Positions 30,379-32,000 of a DNA stretch of 32,000 bases are shown piece after piece. This stretch comes from an uncultured Planctomycetia bacterium (GTDB lineage: Bacteria > Omnitrophota > Gorgyraeia > Duberdicusellales > 4484-171). The position numbers and the translations under genes were made by a program. Where the stretch lies: contig CAZHYN010000008.1 of the NCBI GenBank assembly GCA_964536865.1, positions 1 through 32,000 of the forward strand, written 5' to 3'. Position 1 is the stretch's first letter. Each line of letters opens with the position of its first letter. The notes below the pieces were generated by a model that did no database searches, was not told the origin of the DNA, and was given only the letters and a program-made list of their open reading frames with translations.

Positions 30379-31109
30379 AAGAATACTGTTAGCACAGCTA
30401 ATACCAAACAATAATAGCCAAATTTATAAAGTTTACTCTCTTCTAAAAACTTTCTTAGAATACTTAGCGAACCTACTCCTACTAAGAAAGTTAGAATAAA
30501 GCTAAATATTAAAAGAGGACTACCCAATTTATATTGGAAAAGACTATTTGCTTCTACTAAGAAGGCTGCTAAGATTACAGGAATTGCTAGTAAGAAAGAA
30601 AAATTGAATGCCTCCCTTTTGCTAAGTCCTCTCCCCAAAGAAGCCACTATAGTTACTCCTGAGCGAGATATTCCTGGTAAGATTGCCAATCCTTGGAGAA
30701 TCCCTATCAAGATACACTCTTTAATAGAAAGTTCCTTAGCAAGTTTTTCGTCTCCTTTCTTAAAAAATAAAAGGATTAAGCTAGTAAAGAGAAAACCTAT
30801 TGCGATAAGTATTTTTTCTCCAAAGTAAACTTGAGCACTGATCATTATTAGATAGGCTAATAATAAAGTAACTAAAGAAGTTATAGTCAAATTTATGAGA
30901 ATTTTTCTATCTTGGATATAAGATATAATTTCTTTACGAAGATATACAATAATAGCTAATAGCGTAGCTAAGTGAAGATAAGTAAAAAAAGGTAGTGATT
31001 CGGATCTTACTTGAAGAATTCTCTCAGCAAGAAATAGGTGTCCACTACTACTTATTGGAAGAAACTCTGTGATCCCTTGAATTAGACTAAAAATAAAAAC
31101 TTCTTTCAC
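30375..31109 (-). CDS. uppP: Undecaprenyl-diphosphate phosphatase (BacA/UppP)
   Basis: The sequence GITEFLPISSSGHL is present, along with PGISRSG and multiple TM helices. Length is 244 aa. Confidence 0.93.
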   Translation of the reverse strand: MKEVFIFSLIQGITEFLPISSSGHLFLAERILQVRSESLPFFTYLHLATLLAIIVYLRKEIISYIQDRKILINLTITSLVTLLLAYLIMISAQVYFGEKILIAIGFLFTSLILLFFKKGDEKLAKELSIKECILIGILQGLAILPGISRSGVTIVASLGRGLSKREAFNFSFLLAIPVILAAFLVEANSLFQYKLGSPLLIFSFILTFLVGVGSLSILRKFLEESKLYKFGYYCLVLAVLTVFL

Positions 31110-31387
31110 TTTCCCATAGAGCTAGGGAATTTTACAAATAAAAATACTAAATAGGTAACTAGGATTATTCCTATTCCTAAAATAAAGTAAACTACAAGAC
31201 TATATGAATCTCTTTTGTAATGATAAGATGGGGATTGGTAATCGGTTTCTTTGTTTAAAAGTTGATTTAGTTTATTTCGACAATCTTCGCATATACACAA
31301 ATGTTCTTCTATAATCTGTACTAAATTTTGAGGTATGCTATGATTTATATAACCAGGAAAATTTTTTCTTATTTTCTGGCAATCCAT
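31106..31387 (-). CDS. ZAS-type (zf-HC2) anti-sigma-factor-like membrane protein
   Basis: The sequence HLCICEDC fits HxxxCxxC, and an upstream Cys3 is present. A single C-terminal TM helix follows. Length is 93 aa. It is coupled (ATGA-type overlap) to uppP. Confidence 0.55.
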   Translation of the reverse strand: MDCQKIRKNFPGYINHSIPQNLVQIIEEHLCICEDCRNKLNQLLNKETDYQSPSYHYKRDSYSLVVYFILGIGIILVTYLVFLFVKFPSSMGK

Positions 31388-31390
31388 CTT

Positions 31391-31425
31391 AAAAAGGAGG
31401 CACTTTTTTAGTGCCTCCTTTTTTT
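31391..31425 (-). terminator. Intrinsic terminator after the RRM gene (symmetric, potentially bidirectional)
   Basis: The stem AAGGAGGCAC / GTGCCTCCTT (31394-31403 with 31411-31420) has a 7-nt loop. It is flanked by an A-run and a T-run, which gives a U-tract on either strand. Confidence 0.75.
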
Positions 31426-31726
31426 ACCTTGAAAATCGAGGGTGTCTACCTCTTTCAAACCTTGGTTTGGGCTTTCTTGCCCTGCTTACCCTCAACTTTC
31501 TTCCTTTGAGTTCTTCGCCGTCTAAGGAATCTATCGCTTGTTGGATTATTTCTTCATTTTCAACTTCTACAAATCCAAAACCTTTGGATTTTCCTGTATA
31601 TTTATCTTTTATTATTTTTAGATCTTTAGTAGGTATCCCTTTGTTTTCAAAAGTTTTTTTAAGTTCCTCTTCACTTACGCTATATTCTAAATTTCCTACA
31701 TAAATTTTATTTTTTTCCTCTTCCAT
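31424..31726 (-). CDS. RRM-type RNA-binding protein
   Basis: RNP2 is IYVGNL and RNP1 is KGFGFVEV. The C-terminal tail is basic. Length is 100 aa. Confidence 0.9.
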   Translation of the reverse strand: MEEEKNKIYVGNLEYSVSEEELKKTFENKGIPTKDLKIIKDKYTGKSKGFGFVEVENEEIIQQAIDSLDGEELKGRKLRVSRARKPKPRFERGRHPRFSR

Positions 31727-31776
31727 TTACTTCACCTCTCGTTAAATGAACCCTACTTTCAACAATAGCCCTTTTT

Positions 31777-31938
31777 TTATCTTTTTTTCTTTACATTTCT
31801 CCTCCTTCTTTGAGACGGTTTCGTATAGTATTGCCTTTCCCGATATTCTTTAAGGATTCCCTCTTTTTTACATTGCATTTTAAATCTCTTCAGTGCTTTT
31901 TCAAAGTCTTCTTTCTTGTCTATTCTTACCTCTGCCAT
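31777..31938 (-). CDS. rpsU: 30S ribosomal protein S21 (not in the ORF track, 53 aa)
   Basis: Manual minus-strand translation gives MAEVRIDKKEDFEKALKRFKMQCKKEGILKEYRERQYYTKPSQRRRRNVKKKR. The SD TAAGGAGGTA lies 4 nt upstream of the ATG at 31938. Confidence 0.9.
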   Translation of the reverse strand: MAEVRIDKKEDFEKALKRFKMQCKKEGILKEYRERQYYTKPSQRRRRNVKKKR

Positions 31939-31963
31939 TTTACCTCCTTATAAAAACAGAACT

Positions 31964-31991
31964 ATTTTATCACAATTACTTGATATCACAA
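31964..31991 (-). promoter_or_regulatory. Candidate rpsU promoter TTGTGA-N16-TAAAAT with TGn
   Basis: On the minus strand, TTGTGA spans 31991-31986 and TAAAAT spans 31969-31964, with TGa just upstream of the -10. Confidence 0.35.
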
Positions 31992-32000
31992 AGAAATATT

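Overview
This is a visibly AT-rich, gene-dense bacterial chromosomal segment. Bases 443-28052 form one uninterrupted block of + strand genes. In order: a DUF6580-like membrane protein, metE, thyX, a cobalamin riboswitch driving a btuB-like TonB-dependent receptor plus tonB, amrB (Memo-like), DUF1844, a Trm112-like protein, aroQ-pepP-efp-accB-accC, asp23/amaP, pfk, gmhA-rfaE2, and a split thiE plus thiC. Then come tRNA-Gly(UCC) followed by a tandem repeat built on the tRNA 3' end, a P-loop-less ATPase-like protein, and a run of nucleotide hydrolases (YfcE-like, HIT, dGTPase-like, GAF/HD-GYP). The block ends with SPOR, small basic protein, SH3, M50 protease, aroB, and a PilZ / zinc-ribbon / PilZ / DUF4416 / radical SAM operon. 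Bases 29087-31938 are a minus strand block: rpsU, an RRM RNA-binding protein, a ZAS-like zinc-finger membrane protein, uppP, a STAS-PilZ fusion and a macro domain protein. The left edge carries the 3' end of a DDE transposase followed by GC-rich mini-hairpins. The most unusual region is the ~1 kb convergence zone 28053-29086. It holds a decayed B3/4-domain pseudogene and, on the minus strand, a structured ~166-nt RNA that matches the conserved core of the c-di-GMP-I (GEMM-I) riboswitch. That RNA has its own near-consensus promoter with a perfect TGTGA-N6-TCACA site centred near -71.5, and no gene downstream. Three PilZ proteins with intact RxxxR and (D/N)xSxxG motifs lie within 5 kb and an HD-GYP protein within 9 kb. 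Together this looks like a c-di-GMP sensing neighbourhood whose RNA component is not explained by any ORF. The small basic protein family hints at a PVC/Omnitrophota-like lineage (inference only). All calls come from reading the sequence and from remembered family motifs; no searches were run.
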